Origin: Cercozoa sp. M6MM
Lineage: Eukaryota; Protista; Endomyxa: Ascetosporea
Length of the DNA stretch: 64,000 nt
Direction: 5' to 3' (one strand)
Assembly (NCBI GenBank): GCA_040357565.1
Contig: JBDODJ010000047.1
Position 1 is the stretch's first letter. Each line of letters starts with the position of its first letter. Made by a program: the position numbers and the translations under genes. This document shows, in pieces, positions 51,307-64,000 of this stretch. The notes under the pieces were generated by a model. The model worked only from the letters and a program-made list of their open reading frames with translations. It ran no database searches and was not told the DNA's origin.

Positions 51307-54300
51307 TACTTGTTTTACCCCCCCCCCCACCCTTTACCTGTTACCCCTTACCCATTCCCCTTACCCCTTACCTCTGACCCCCTCTTACCCCCCCCCCCCG
51401 GGGGGGGGNNNNNNNNNNNNNNNNNNNNNNNNNNNNNNNNNNNNNNNNNNNNNNNNNNNNNNNNNNNNNNNNNNNNNNNNNNNNNNNNNNNNNNNNNNNN
51501 NNNNNNNNCCCCCCCCCCCAGTGACGAAGACGTGCCGGTGTTTGCGCGGCACAAGCGCACGAAGAAGCAGTCGCTGGTGACGCTTGCGGCAGAGGTGGCT
51601 ACTTCTGTCGGTCCCTCTGTCGGTCCCTCTGTCTCCGCGCGGAAGGAGGACACGGGACCTGCCGACTTTGGTCCGCTGCCTGAGGCACCCGAGGTATCAC
51701 TCCACTCCCATACACCCTACTTACCCCCCTTACCCCCTACTTACCCCCTTACCCCCCTGGCGCCCGGGGGGGGGGCGGAGGCCATACCCCATACCCCATA
51801 CCCTTACCCCTTACCCCTACCCTTACCCTTACCCTTACCCTTACCCCCCCCCAGGAGGAGGGTTTCGCGCCGCTGCCGGAGCCGGAGGAGGTCGGATTCG
51901 GGCCGCTGCCTGAGGCCGACGAAATCGACGACGACACGGCCTTCGCGCCGCTGCCTGAACCGGAAGAACTCGCTGAGCCCAAATTCACTGAGCCGGAGGA
52001 ACGCATTGAGCCCAAACCTACTGAGCCGAAAGCACCTGAGCCGACACAGGACCCGGTGCAGATTGCGCAGCAACGCGAACACAACGTGGCGCAGGCACTC
52101 GGAATCGCCTCGTATTTCAGGTGTGCCTTTTTGTTGTTTTTCCTTGTTGTTGTTTTTCCTTGTTGTTGTTTTTCCTTGTTGTTGTTTTTCCTTGTTGTTG
52201 TTTTTCCTTGTTGTTTTTCCTTGTTGTTTTCCCTTGTTGTTTTCCCTTGTTGTTTTCCCTTGTTGTTTTCTGCCCTGTTGTTCTATTATTTCTGCTTACG
52301 CTGTTTGCGTATGTCTGTAGCTGCCGTCAGATCGACGAGGAGTACGAGCGACTCAACACCATCGATGAGGGTACCTCTATCCGGGGGGGGGGGGGTAAAA
52401 GGGGTAAAGTGGGAAGGGATAAACGATGTGTTGGCACAGGCTCGTACGGCGTCGTGTTCCGCGCGAGGCACCGCCGCACCGGCGAAGTCGTCGCACTCAA
52501 GCGTGTCAAGATGGAGCAGGTACCCCCTTCCTTTTTTATCCCCCTTACCCCCTCCTTCACCCCCCTACACCCCCTCCTTCACCCCCCTATACCCCTCCTT
52601 ACCCCCCCCCCCAGACACTGAGTGGTTTCCCAAACACATCGTTGCGCGAGTTGAATCTACTGCTGCGGCCTGAGGTAGTCCATGTTTGTACTGTCCATGT
52701 AGGGTACCGTCCAGTTGGTACGGTCCAGTTGTACGGGTCCATGTGGTACTGTACAGGTGAGCCGGTGCGAGAATATTGTATGCGCGCGCGAGGTGGTCGT
52801 GGACTCGCTGGACGACACCAAGGACGTCTTCATCGTCATGGACTTCTGCGAGCACGACCTGCGCACGCTGGTGTGTTTTACCCCCACCTCCTACCCCCCT
52901 TTCCCCCCCCCCCCGCAGGTGCAGCAGCGTCGCGACGCGGCCAAGAACAAGACGCCGTTCACGATGAGCGAGCTGAAGTGCCTGCTGCGGCAGTTGCTGA
53001 CGGGCGTGGCACACCTGCACCGCCACTGGATCCTGCACCGCGACCTCAAGCTGCCCAACCTCCTGCTGGACAACAAGGGTGCCCTCTTACCCCCTTACCT
53101 CCTACCCTCTTTACCCCCCCCCCCACCCCAGGCATCTTGAAATTGGCGGATTTCGGCATGGCACGTGCCTTCTCGATGCCACCTAGGTAGATGCATTTAC
53201 CCCTCCCACCCCCTGTATTGATACGAGTAGACCAATGACACCGCGATGTTGTACGGTGTGGTACCGTGCGCCTGAGATTCTTTTGGGCGAGCGACGTTAC
53301 ACGGTAGTGCTTGACCCTGTTACCTCCCTGTTACCCCTCTGCTTACCCCCCCCCCCCAGGCGGCCAGTGATGTTTGGAGTGTCGGTTGTTTGTTCGGCGA
53401 GTTGTTGCGCGGATCGCCGCTCTTTGCCGGACGTGGTACTCTTACCCTCTACTCCCCTACCCCCTTTACTTCTTTACTCCCTCCCCTGGTAGGTGAAGTG
53501 GATACACTGCGCCGGATTTTCGAACTAATGGGCACTCCGAATGAACGCAACTGGCCTGTAACCTCTGTCCCTTACCTCTCTTACTTCCGACCCTTTTGCC
53601 CCTTTACCCTTTGCCCCCCACCCCCTGGTAGAACGCGTCGAATCTGCCAGCAGCGCAGCATTTCCGTTTCAAATCGCAAAAAGCGCGTTTCAGCGATGTC
53701 TTCCAGGCTGCGGTAGACTGTGGTTTTGCCCCCCCTCTCCCCCTTACCCCTCCCCTTACCTCCGAAGGCACACAACTCTCCTTCGTCGCTGAGTCCGGCC
53801 GGTGTCGATTTGTTGCGAGGTACTTGGTTCCCCCCCCCCCTGACCCGCTCTACCCCCTCCCCCAGGCATGCTCGCACTCGACCCGGAACAGCGACTCACG
53901 GCGGACGAAGCACTGCGACACGAGTGGGTATCTTTTGCTTTGCCCCCTACCTTCCCTTTGCCCCCTCTTNNNNNNNNNNNNNNNNNNNNNNNNNNNNNNN
54001 NNNNNNNNNNNNNNNNNNNNNNNNNNNNNNNNNNNNNNNNNNNNNNNNNNNNNNNNNNNNNNNNNNNNNCCTCCCCGTGCAGAGCTGATGCGGCAGCAGT
54101 GGCGGCGATGGAGGCACCTGTGGTTCCCAAGGAAGTCGCTCGACGGTGCCTCTACTTCATTTTTACCCTCTTGTCACCTCTTTTCCCCTCTTACCCCTCT
54201 TACCTCTCCCTCGGACACAGGGCCGAGATGGCACGCAGGCGGCAGCAGGCGCAAAGTCGAGGCGCTGCTCGCGGTCGCGGTCGCGGACGTGGCCGTGGCC

Positions 54301-54326
54301 GTGGCCGCCGTCGCTTCTTCTCCTAA
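50340..54326 (+). CDS. Cyclin-dependent kinase of the CDK10/CDK11 (PITSLRE) family with long N-terminal extension
   Basis: [76 protein letters not shown]; R/E/D-rich N-terminus; RG-repeat tail. Confidence 0.92.
52129..52270. repeat. Intronic minisatellite (TTTTTCCTTGTTGTTG-like)n in the CDK gene
   Basis: Direct sequence. Confidence 0.9.
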
Positions 54327-54651
54327 ACTGCCACAGAACCTATCGCACCATCTGGGGTTTAGTTAAGTTATTTTAGTTCGAATCCCTTAGTCGAATTTCT
54401 GTTTTATGCCATTGCGAGGTCAAACTCAAGCTCAGGCTGACTGGAACGCACAGCACGGTCAATCACGTCAACTTTAGACCTAACTAACTGGACGGACTGA
54501 TGCGGGGTTCTTTTGAGGTTGATCGAGCTCGATTGGAAACGAACTTCGAAAGGGGAGTTGGATGTGATGGCCCCAGCGGGCGACACCAGGACTGCTACAG
54601 GGAAACTACATAGTTGTTTCTTAGTCGACTGAACTAACTGATCGAGGTCGG

Positions 54652-55969
54652 TTAGTCGGCCTTCTTGGCCTTCTTGGACTTGCGCGCCGGCGTGGCAGCG
54701 GCAGCAGCGGCGTCGGCGTCGGCGGCGGCAGCAGCAGGCGCAGCAGCCTGTGCCTGTGCCTGTGCATGCGTCAGGAAGGAAAGGTAGATAGGTACATGGA
54801 ACACACAGGTACGGCCAGTCACACCTGCTGGCCCGGCTGCGGCATCTTGCTACGCAGGAACATCTGGAGACCCATGACGCCTGTGTCAAACACATCAGGT
54901 AAAACACATCATGTAGACTGACGGTGGACAGGGGGCGCGGGTACAAAAGGAAGGGGACAAAAGGTGTACCGGCAATCATGATCCACTGGCCGTACTTCTG
55001 GAAGAAAGATTTCTCCACAGGCGGCTTGTCTGTACGGGGGAAGGGTGGGGTAAGAGAGGGGATAATAGGGGTGGGGGCGGGGCAAAGAAGGGGTAAGAAG
55101 CAGTTACAGCGCTCGCCAGCAAATACAACGACACGATCCTCCTCTACCAACAAAGAGGACATACTGCATCCTTAATTTAGATGGGGGTAGAGGTATGTAC
55201 CCTGCAGGGTCAGAGCAAACGAGTCCTTGCCAAACACCGACACCGAGTACTTGCTATCGTTTTCGGTCACACCTGATGGTAGTAGATATACGGGGAGGTA
55301 AAGGGACTCAAGGGGATGGATATAAGGTAAAGGAGGACGCCCTATACCAGCACCGGCGGCGGCGATGGCCTTGGTGACGTTGGCGGCCAGGTCGAACGAC
55401 AGCACCTTCTTGTCCTCGTCCAGCAGCGAGCCACTGTCAAAGTCACAGGTGACGGGGGGGGGGGGGAAACACGGGGGTTAGGATAGGGAGGTAAGGTAAG
55501 AAGGGTACGGGGGGTAAGGGGTAGGGTAAGAAGGGTAGGAAGGTACGTGAGCAGGTCGTCGCAGTGCAGAGCGATTTCGCGCTCCTCGAGCACCGTACCG
55601 TCCACATCCAGCACCGACAGCGGGCCTGCAGGGGGGTAAATGGGGATAAAAGGGGTTAAGGGTAGTCAAGGTATGGAGGCAAGTGAAAGAGGAGGTAAAT
55701 AGACCAGAAACGCCCTCGTCGATCGCGGTCAGATTGGCACGGTAAGACACCTCCGACTCCTGTTTGTATGTGTCACAAATACATCAGCTTTCTTGCTGCT
55801 ACATACTCCTTCTGCAACACTTCGCATCTCTTCTTCGCTGTACCTGCCACGTGCCCTTCGTGTAGACGCGCTGAGACACGTCCCACACGCCCTCGGCTTG
55901 CTCGCAAGCATCAAACGCGACAGCAGAAGAGGCCAGCGAGGCCAACAAAGCGGACCAAACAAGGTTCAT
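54652..55969 (-). CDS. Type I membrane protein, EMC10-like
   Basis: Signal peptide MNLVWSALLASLASSAVA; KSFFQKYGQWIMIAG before a single TM, as in EMC10 (SF..KYW); Ala/Lys tail ending KKAKKAD. Confidence 0.55.
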
Positions 55970-56333
55970 GACTGTACTGGGCACAACCAAATAGCTACGG
56001 ACGGTGCCTGGGGCCAGCCGGCCTGAATTTCTTTTATCTTTCTGACGTATTTACCAGGCTGGCGGTCCAATTGGCCGAGTCAGGTTGCAAATACAGTACT
56101 GTACACCACTGTGCAGTAAGTTAGTGTATGTTACAGTGCGAGCACGTGCTACTACGCTCACGGGTGAGTGGCGCTGGTAGCGTCACCAAGGTGTAGGATA
56201 TTTGGCGGGAACAATGACAGAGGCAGCAAACCGCATCGTGACTGAATTCGAGGCTGCTCTTCTGGGTATTTTCCTTTCTTGTGGCGTGTATTTGAGATAT
56301 CTCTGTGTTGTGCAGCTTCACAAGTGTTGAAAC

Positions 56334-58935
56334 ATGGACTGGCGATCCCTGAATCTGCAGATCTTTCAGGTATTCTCTCTCTATATCCCAAGGTATCGAT
56401 CTAGAGTGTGTTGATTTAGAGGTCGACTATTTAACAACCTCGTGTCTGGACGACATGATCGACCTTGCCAGAGGCCAGGTACTGTTTGTAGAGACACAAC
56501 ACACCAAATACAGTGACGAGTAGGACACGTCAATAAGTGCCGACTTGATGCGGCAAGGTGACGACTCACTGTGCGAACTGTTCGACCTCGCGACTGCGCC
56601 GGACACTTGCAGTAGCAACGTTGTTGATGAGACACGTGCTGCAGACATCAGAAGACAAGTCGAGTACTTTCTCTACGCTAGTGTGAGTATATACATATAT
56701 AAGGTACAGACAGGAGTTTGAGAACAAGATCAAGGTGATACAAAATGAAGCGAAACACGCCACGGAACAAGTGTCGAAACTGAAGTTGGAGGTGCCCCTT
56801 TAACACCCTGCCCACGTCACCCCTTTAACCCCCTGTCGTTGGTGCAGTTGGAACTGGCCAACAACAAGTTGGCGAAATTAAAAAAATCCTCTTCCTCGGG
56901 ATTCGTGACGGCAGGTTCGATGCTCCCAAGTACAAACGGACCGTCCAGTCAGGACGACGAAGGTTCTTTGGAACCATCCAGGAAGAGGAAGAAGACGCGA
57001 CGCTTCCAAGTGCCGCGTTCGGCCGTGGCAGCTGCTGCTGCGGCTGCTGCTGGCGACGATGATGAGGCCTCTGCCTCCTCGAGCAACAGCAGCGACAAGG
57101 AGCCCTGCATCTCTCTCCCAGGTCTTTTTTGTTCGCCTACGCTACCTCCCTCCCCTATCCCCTGTGTTTTCTCAGGTGTGCCGCCAGAACTGGTGGTGAC
57201 AATTCAGAACCTGCGATTGAAAAACGGCGCGAAAACTGTTCACTTTGACGACATCGTCGGCATGCAGCGACTGTACCTGTCTGTCCATATAGTCTCTAGA
57301 ACAATTCTGTTTATGTCTGTGTGTGCAACAGTATTCAGAATCTCCATTTGACTGTGATTGATCGGTTAAAGCATCCCGAGGCACATCAGGGTCTTCTCAA
57401 AAGCAACGCTATGGGCGTGCTCCTGTATGGTGCTGTGGTTTCATCCCTAACCCTATCCCCTTCTCTATCCCTTTACCACTACTCCCCTATACCACTACCC
57501 TTCTTACCACTATCCCCCTTTCCCTAATCCCCTTTACATTATCCTCTTTACCCCCGGACAGGACCGCCAGGCACAGGCAAGACGATGCTGGCGTCGGCAC
57601 TGGCGAACGAGGTGGACGCCGCCTTCTTCGAGGTCGGCAAGTCGACGCTCACGAGCAAGTGGGTCGGCCAGAGCGAGAAACTCGTCACGACACTCTTCGC
57701 CGTGGCCAAGCACTTTGCACCCTCTGTCATCTTCTTTGACGGTATTGTTGGGATATGGTTTGGGGGATAAATGGTTTGGGAGAAGGGATATGGGAAAATG
57801 GATTGGGATATGGGATAGGGGTGAGTGGGGTAAACTCGCTGTATACGTAGAGATCGACTCGATGATGATGGAGCGAACCAGTGCTGCCGACGGACACAAT
57901 CGCTCGCTCAAGACCGAATTTCTGGCTGCCATGTCGGTACACTTTACGCGGGGAGGGGATAAGGGGGCAAAGGGGAGTAATGAGGTGTAAACGGGTAAAG
58001 AGGGGGGTTAACGAGGGGCTGAATGTGTGCACAGCGACTGGAATACGAAGAAGCCGATCCGTCAAAGTTTGTGCTGCTGATCGCTGCCACCAATACGCCC
58101 GACCGTACCTCCCTCTACCTTTACTTCTTACCCCCTTGAACCCTCTTACCTCTACCCTCGTAGAACTGGACAGTGCCTTGCTGCGTCGTTTGGTAGATTG
58201 GCCAACAAGCTTGTTCACATCGCATTGTGTACCTCCTGTGTTTGTGAGTGTTGTAGCCGAGTAGATACCACGTGCCGCTGCCTTGCGGGTACCCTCTTGC
58301 CCCTCTACCCCCTTTAACCCTTTATCTCCCCACCCCGTGGCAGAGAGGCGAGGAAGGTGCTGCTCCGGAAACTGTTTCAGAAACACAACGCGCCGGGCGA
58401 GCGAAAGGTGCGTCTGACGCGTGCCAATGTCGCTCAGATCGTTGACGACCTTGAAGGGGTATCCACCTACCTACCTCCCTACCCACCTCCTAACTACCTA
58501 CCTATCCACCTACCGACCTACCCACCTACCTACCTACCTACCTACCCACCTACCTGCCTACCTACCTGCCCACCCATGTCTTGTTGGTGCAGTACTCATG
58601 CAGTGACATCCGAAGCATGGTCACAGAGGCCGCCGTGTCGGCACTCAAGCGCGCGCGCGACCAGGGACAGACGCTGCCGCTACCGCTCAACTCGTTCGAC
58701 CTGCGCAAGGCGATGGACACTGTACACACCCGATCCACACCTTATGCGCCCTGTGCCTACCTCTCATGCTCCTCTATGCCCTCCCCAGGTAAAACCAAGT
58801 TGCTCAGAGCGGCAGCTGCGAAGTCTCGCGCAGTTCGACCGCGCGCACGGCAGCGCCACCTTCTCGACGACGTCGACCGTGCAGCCGCGTGACGACGATG
58901 ACGACTTCGACGATGACCCCTTCTTGTCGCAGTGA
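56334..58935 (+). CDS. Meiotic-clade AAA ATPase (spastin/fidgetin/katanin-like) with N-terminal coiled coil
   Basis: [72 protein letters not shown]. Confidence 0.9.
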
Positions 58936-59393
58936 TCATCAGTTGAGCACCCGAGTGTTCACTTGCGTTAATCATCGCATGGCCTACTGCGCTGTAGCTG
59001 CGCTGCTATATACTAGAGTCGAGTTGCTTGACATGCACCAAAGAGGCGACCGAGTAAACGACAAGGCGGGTAAGCCGAGTGGCGTAGTAAGAACGGCGAC
59101 AAGCTCTACCTAGGCTCTGTTGTGCGTCCGCACTACGGCGTCATGGAACTCGCAGACCTGGTCGAAGTTGACGCTGCCTACATTGGCTGCGAAAACTAGG
59201 TCTCGACTCATTGTATCCTCGCGCTGCGCTTCAAATTGTAACCTCCACCCAAAAGTGTTCGGATGCCGCATAGCGTTTCCTTTAGCTTAGATACCGTGAC
59301 ACGACCGGACGAACTGTAATAAAACTTCACGTCGGACCCAACAACCAACCGCGCTGATCCCTGACCATCGCCGAGAGCGGACTCATGACCATG

Positions 59394-60038
59394 CTACTCA
59401 GGCCGCGGCCCGTGCAGCAGCGTCACGACACGTCGCAGCGCCTGCAGCAGCAGTCGGTCGCTCTGAGTCAGCTGCAATACCAACGCAAAAAACCGTGTGA
59501 CACAACTCGACTTGCCTTTAAGAAAAACGCATTGAACCAGTTTGCCACGCGCGTCCTTTTGTAGTTTCGTTTCGCGTTTGCGGTATTCCTTGGCCTACGA
59601 AAGCAAATTAGCGGGCAGATGGATTCTGCAAGTACTGTGATACCTCTGCCTTGAGTGCTTGAGTAATTTCATCAGCTGCCGGCGGGGCTTCTCGGTGGCA
59701 TGGGGAATCGTCAGCTACCTGTGCAGATATCAACGGTGCATTGTGGACGTTTTGCCAGGGGTTCAAATCAACAAACACACTTGCACACTGCGGTACGGCC
59801 GCTTGTCGGTGCCAAAAAAGGCCGGCGTGGACACATCACGCCACAGACGCACGCAGCGTTGGGCCGATGCCACTGCAGGAGAAGTGTCACAAAACAGTAA
59901 CAACCAAGCTAAAAATACACAACCTACCAGCATCGTCGACATAGCAAACGTCGGGGAGTGTGCCACACACTTTATCTCGCCACGTGTGGTCGCAACACTG
60001 ATACACAAACACATACACACACACAACACACACACACA

Positions 60039-60089
<51 letters not shown>

Positions 60090-61607
60090 ATGTTTGTAGA
60101 TATGTATACATATAGATGAGGTACAGGCAGCTGGACGACGACGATGCGCGGCGGCGTGTCACCGCAGTTGCTAAACCGCAACGAGCGCAACGATACGTCT
60201 GGGTCGACATGCGCGTGCACGTGAAACAGCACAACAGTGTCGACCTCACTGGCATCGACGTCAATAGTAACGTTTTCGATGATGTCGGAGTGACTTTCGA
60301 TTCGTTCCTGTGCCAGAGGAGTCTTTGGGTTGACCAGTGAGTTTCTCCATTCGACCTGTAGAAACGTGCAGCTCAAAACAAAGATAAGTGAGAAAAAAAA
60401 CTGACCTCTTTCAGAATAGGATCCACGGAGACAATTCTTTGCCAAGAAGTGCACAGTGCTGCCCAAGCAGCGGTACGCGGAGTAGCACCGTCTCCCACCG
60501 ACACTGCCATCTGTATCAGTGGCGTGTGACCGAAAGCACACTGGCTACACCAAGAAATGTGTGTGTAAAGTACCACACGTTTTTTATACTGCGGAATGTC
60601 CGTGTGCCGAAGCACAGCGGTGAGTGCACTCACTGACTGAAAAAGACGGGGGGGATGTGACACCAACAGGAGGAACAAGATGTGAGAGTGGATACCTCAG
60701 TAAGTTCCTTGGCGTTAAAGATTCCTGTCGTCAGCAGCGACAGTACTGAGTTTGCATGGGCCTGCGCAAGCATGCCCATGTGTAACACATAAAGAAAGTT
60801 CCAGAAGTATCGAAAGTTACGGTGTCATCGACACGGGCGGCAGCGCGCGCTTGTCTCAGCAAAACATCGATTCCTCTCATCGACACGGGCAAACGACTCC
60901 GTGAGTAGCCCTGCTTACCACAAAAACACGAGGCAGGGTGCAAGTTAAACACGTACAGAAAAATGGTACCGTTCCCTTCCGTCCAACCGCGTCTACCTAC
61001 GAACGAATATGCTGTCGAAATGCTCCATTGTAAGAAAACTAAACTGAAAGGGAAGCGCATGGTACGACAATGGTAGGTTTTTTGGGACTCCACAAGGCTG
61101 CCTTATGCCTTCGCTCTTCATCTTCGCTCACATAGGCTTCTTCTACCACCCGTATGGAAGATATAATATAAGCATCAACACAATACAAATGGTAGGGGAG
61201 GGGGTTAAGCAAGTACCAGACGAGGAAGACAGAACAGCGCGGTGACCGACCAGAGGCGACATGAAACGCACCGACGAAGAGTACAGCGTGCGTGCCCATT
61301 TCGTGAACTCTTCTGCGGGGGGGGGGGGGAGGGGAGGTAGTCAACGTGGTGGTGTGGCATTAAAGAACCTACACGTACCATGAGAGACGCCATGTGTCGG
61401 AGGGGACACCCAAGACCTTTCCTAAACCCCCGATAAGTAACAGCGAAGCCTGCGCCGTACAGTAACTACAGTAAAGCGTACGTTCGCAGCGATTCGCTCG
61501 AGCTGCCGCAATTTGAGCAACGAGCCGTGAAAATGTGCATAAGCGTCCCAGTCTACGCGACGGCGACTGTTCCAAAGACTGCGCAGAACATCCAGCCTAT
61601 TGCGCAT
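59394..61607 (-). CDS. Hypothetical protein, multi-exon
   Basis: Continuous spliceable exons from MRNRLDVLRSLW to ...RRVVTLLHGPRPE*; no family recognised. Confidence 0.55.
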
Positions 61608-61824
61608 TAGTTTTAGTGTAGTAAATCGCTCGTGCGCGGGTGTCTGGGGCCAGAGAGCCCCGACTGCCGAAGGCCCGAATTACCTTCCGTGCCCTTAACT
61701 AATTTGTCGAAAAAGCCCCATCCTGTAGCATGCAGTTAAATACTTGGTTCACTCGATCGAAATCACAATCAAGTTGCATAATTTGTAATAAGGCACAGAG
61801 CTTGCGATATAGCACAGCTGAAAA

Positions 61825-62952
61825 ATGGCGGCAGAAATTGGCGTGACGCTTTTCAAATGTTCTGCACCCGACGATTTGGTTGCACTGCTGGAGGCCGATG
61901 AAGATTTCGACGTCTCCATGTCTGAAAAAAGTACAGCTCTTTCCGATGACGGGAAACTTGGTGATCAATGAGGTGTATGCGCGCAGAAACCAAGCTGACT
62001 GGCCGGATAGCGGACACGGTGTTCCTGTGGGTCCCTGCGCCCAGTAGACTGACGTCTGAGCACTGTTTGAAGCTGTGCCAGTCACTCCAGAAAGAACCTG
62101 AACGTACGATTCACTCAAAACCTCTGTTTTCCCATCAGTTTGGTGTGTGTGTGCGTGTGTGTGTGTGCGTGTGTGTGCGTGTGTGTGTGTGTGCGTGTGT
62201 GTGTGCTTGTGTGCGTGCGTGTGTGTGTGTGTGTGTTGCAGGCTGCGTGTTTCTGAAGGAAGGCAATGCACATGGAGCTGAGCACGACCCAAAGCACGCG
62301 CGATTCTCGCTGCAGCAGTCCGATAAACCGGCCAAAGAGTATAGTTTTTCTTTTAACCATCTTTATACTCTTTTGTGTACCCTTGTGTGCTACTGTATCT
62401 TGGCACAGACGGAAGCAGGAGCGGCAGGCCGTTGCACAGACGGCGCAGCAAGAAGTTGCCGCCTTTGAACGCGTGCAGGAAATCTTCGTGGTGCAGCATG
62501 GCATCTCCGTTTTCCCTGTGCGGTCACTCGAACACCTAGCGGCTGCGATACGGGTAGAGTTTTGCCATGTGCACGCGAACCGAAACATATCGAATTGGTG
62601 TGCATATTTGTCAGCAAATGGCTCTGACGAGAGCGCGCAAGAGTTTTTTGACGCAGCGATCGCCGCGCAAGACGCCTGTGAGGGAAAGACCACCTCTCGA
62701 TATGCTGCCTGAGGACAAGGCTCGGGTAGCACTAGCGCGCGCGCTTGGACTGCCTGCGCGAAACGAGTCACTCCTGGAGTCGCTCTCGCTTGCACAACTC
62801 CTCAATGGTACCCCAGACCATTTTGCTCTGGGTTCAAAGTAACGTGTCCATTGCTTGCAGAGGATGAACAAACGCTGCGATCACACGGCATCTCTGCCAG
62901 CGCCAGTCGACAAATCTACCGCAATGCACGCGGCGCTGACTTTGAGCGGTGA
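61825..62952 (+). CDS. FAAP24/ERCC1-like (inactive XPF-family domain plus HhH2) protein
   Basis: FERVQEIFVVQHGISVFPVRSLEHLAAAIRQM and SLAQLLNEDEQTL...ASRQIY resemble FAAP24 (LQKFTVLDLGMVLLPVAS; SIQQLSNASIGEL...AQQIH, recalled from memory). Confidence 0.55.
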
Positions 62953-63256
62953 CGCCACAGAGATCGATCTCTGCCCTGAAGAGACAGTCGAGTCAATGTA
63001 CTGTCAGTGCAGTCGTCGTAACATCATTTGCAATTTGATTAGGGTCACCAAAATTCTCCCTGCATACTATTGTATCGTATATGTGCAATCAATGAACGGA
63101 ACTAACTGACTGCACGCGAAGTCAGTCATCCGTCAAATTCGCTGATTAGTACTAAAATTTACCGACACGATAATCGAATAATATTAAACTGAACTTCAGA
63201 CTCAGTAGTCTCACGCAGGCGACGCACCAGCCACGCACGACTTGGAATACTGCGAT

Positions 63257-63702
63257 TCACTTTTTTCGACTAGGACTTCCCTCTGAATTGGAGGAGCACG
63301 GGGGCGTCAACGGAATCTGCGTAGGTATGCAATCAATCATGTGTACAGTATGGGATTTAGTGAATTAACAGCGCCTTATTGCACAATCACTGTGATACAG
63401 TGGTGTAACAAAATTGACTGGGACATGGTTAACTTATTTACCGTCACGGTAGCTGGCATACGCATCGGAACTTCTTCAATTATACTGACGCGTGGTTCCT
63501 AATAAAACGCGTGATCAGTGATTTTGATTAGCTCCGTACCGATGGTACTGGCACAAGGTGGAAGCAAGCTTGAAGGGATATATACCGCCGCGGAGACAGT
63601 ACGAACTGGGCCTGTAGAGATTCTTGGTTCCATGAGAGTGACATCGGCGGTGACACAGAACGCTGCATGAATAAGAGCAAGTAAGCCTGCGAAGCAACGC
63701 AT
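63257..63702 (-). CDS. Small secreted peptide (about 70 aa), three exons
   Basis: Signal peptide MRCFAGLLALIHAAFCVTA; two EPR(I/V)S repeats across GT-AG introns; TGA stop. Confidence 0.4.
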
Positions 63703-64000
63703 TGTAGGAGCTGTCTGGGTTTATACGTATCTCTAACCCTTGCGTTACTCAGCTGACTCTGTCAGTTGTTTTCAGGCATGCACGTGGATGTCCGAAAGGA
63801 GACCACGCCAAGCCGCAGTCTTCAACCTCGACGATAAACCGAAATAGTTCTACCTTACCAACACTGTAGTTGTTAGCTGCGTTTTTAGTGGACACCCCCG
63901 TGTGTGGCGATGGCACAGTTTCCCGAACTGCCCTCAGTGACGTCAGAGGCGCTGAGCAACGCACAGCCATGCGTGTTTCGAAATCAGTTTGTTAAGCGTC

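Noticed and set aside
53928-53940. U12-type introns (GTATCTTT here; GTATCC at about 14640 and 58459; CCTTTAAC words)
   Set aside because: No full GTATCCTT donor paired with a properly placed TTCCTTAAC branch site; such matches are expected by chance among degenerate donors.
1-64000. Alternative genetic code or non-canonical splice sites
   Set aside because: In the genes I traced, every apparent in-frame stop resolved with a GT-AG intron, and all three stop codons end genes. Not every intron was traced.

Overview
Eukaryotic nuclear DNA from a non-opisthokont protist. EF-1alpha lacks the animal/fungal insertion, the genetic code is standard (TAA, TAG and TGA all end genes), and IDH3 plus holocytochrome c synthase imply an aerobic mitochondrion. 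I reconstructed about 23 protein genes by hand. Most are split by many short (about 45-100 nt) GT-AG introns with highly degenerate donor sites. Recognisable genes are two protein kinases, ABCG, NADAR, a subtilisin, an ATP9-type flippase (middle lost in a gap), IDH3, EF-1alpha, HCCS, an MFS transporter, VPS15, a WSC protein, a PARP-like protein, CDK10/11, an EMC10-like protein, a spastin/fidgetin-type AAA ATPase and a FAAP24-like protein. The most interesting signals concern splicing and gene organisation: (1) a U1 snRNA at 45477-45635 with a perfect 5' arm but altered 70K loop, U1A loop and Sm site (AAUCUCU), followed by a T6 run; (2) introns in a subset of genes built from a few recurring repeat 'dialects' (CCCCTTA/TAAGGGG, CAGTGACCAC/CACGTG, GTACAAATGGAC); (3) nine head-to-head gene pairs, six with 317-372 bp spacers; (4) a shared ACTAACTGA motif in 3' flanks; (5) a decayed RLE-type non-LTR retrotransposon with a second truncated copy; (6) a 24-bp perfect hairpin. 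Exon boundaries were read by eye, and some gene ends are approximate.
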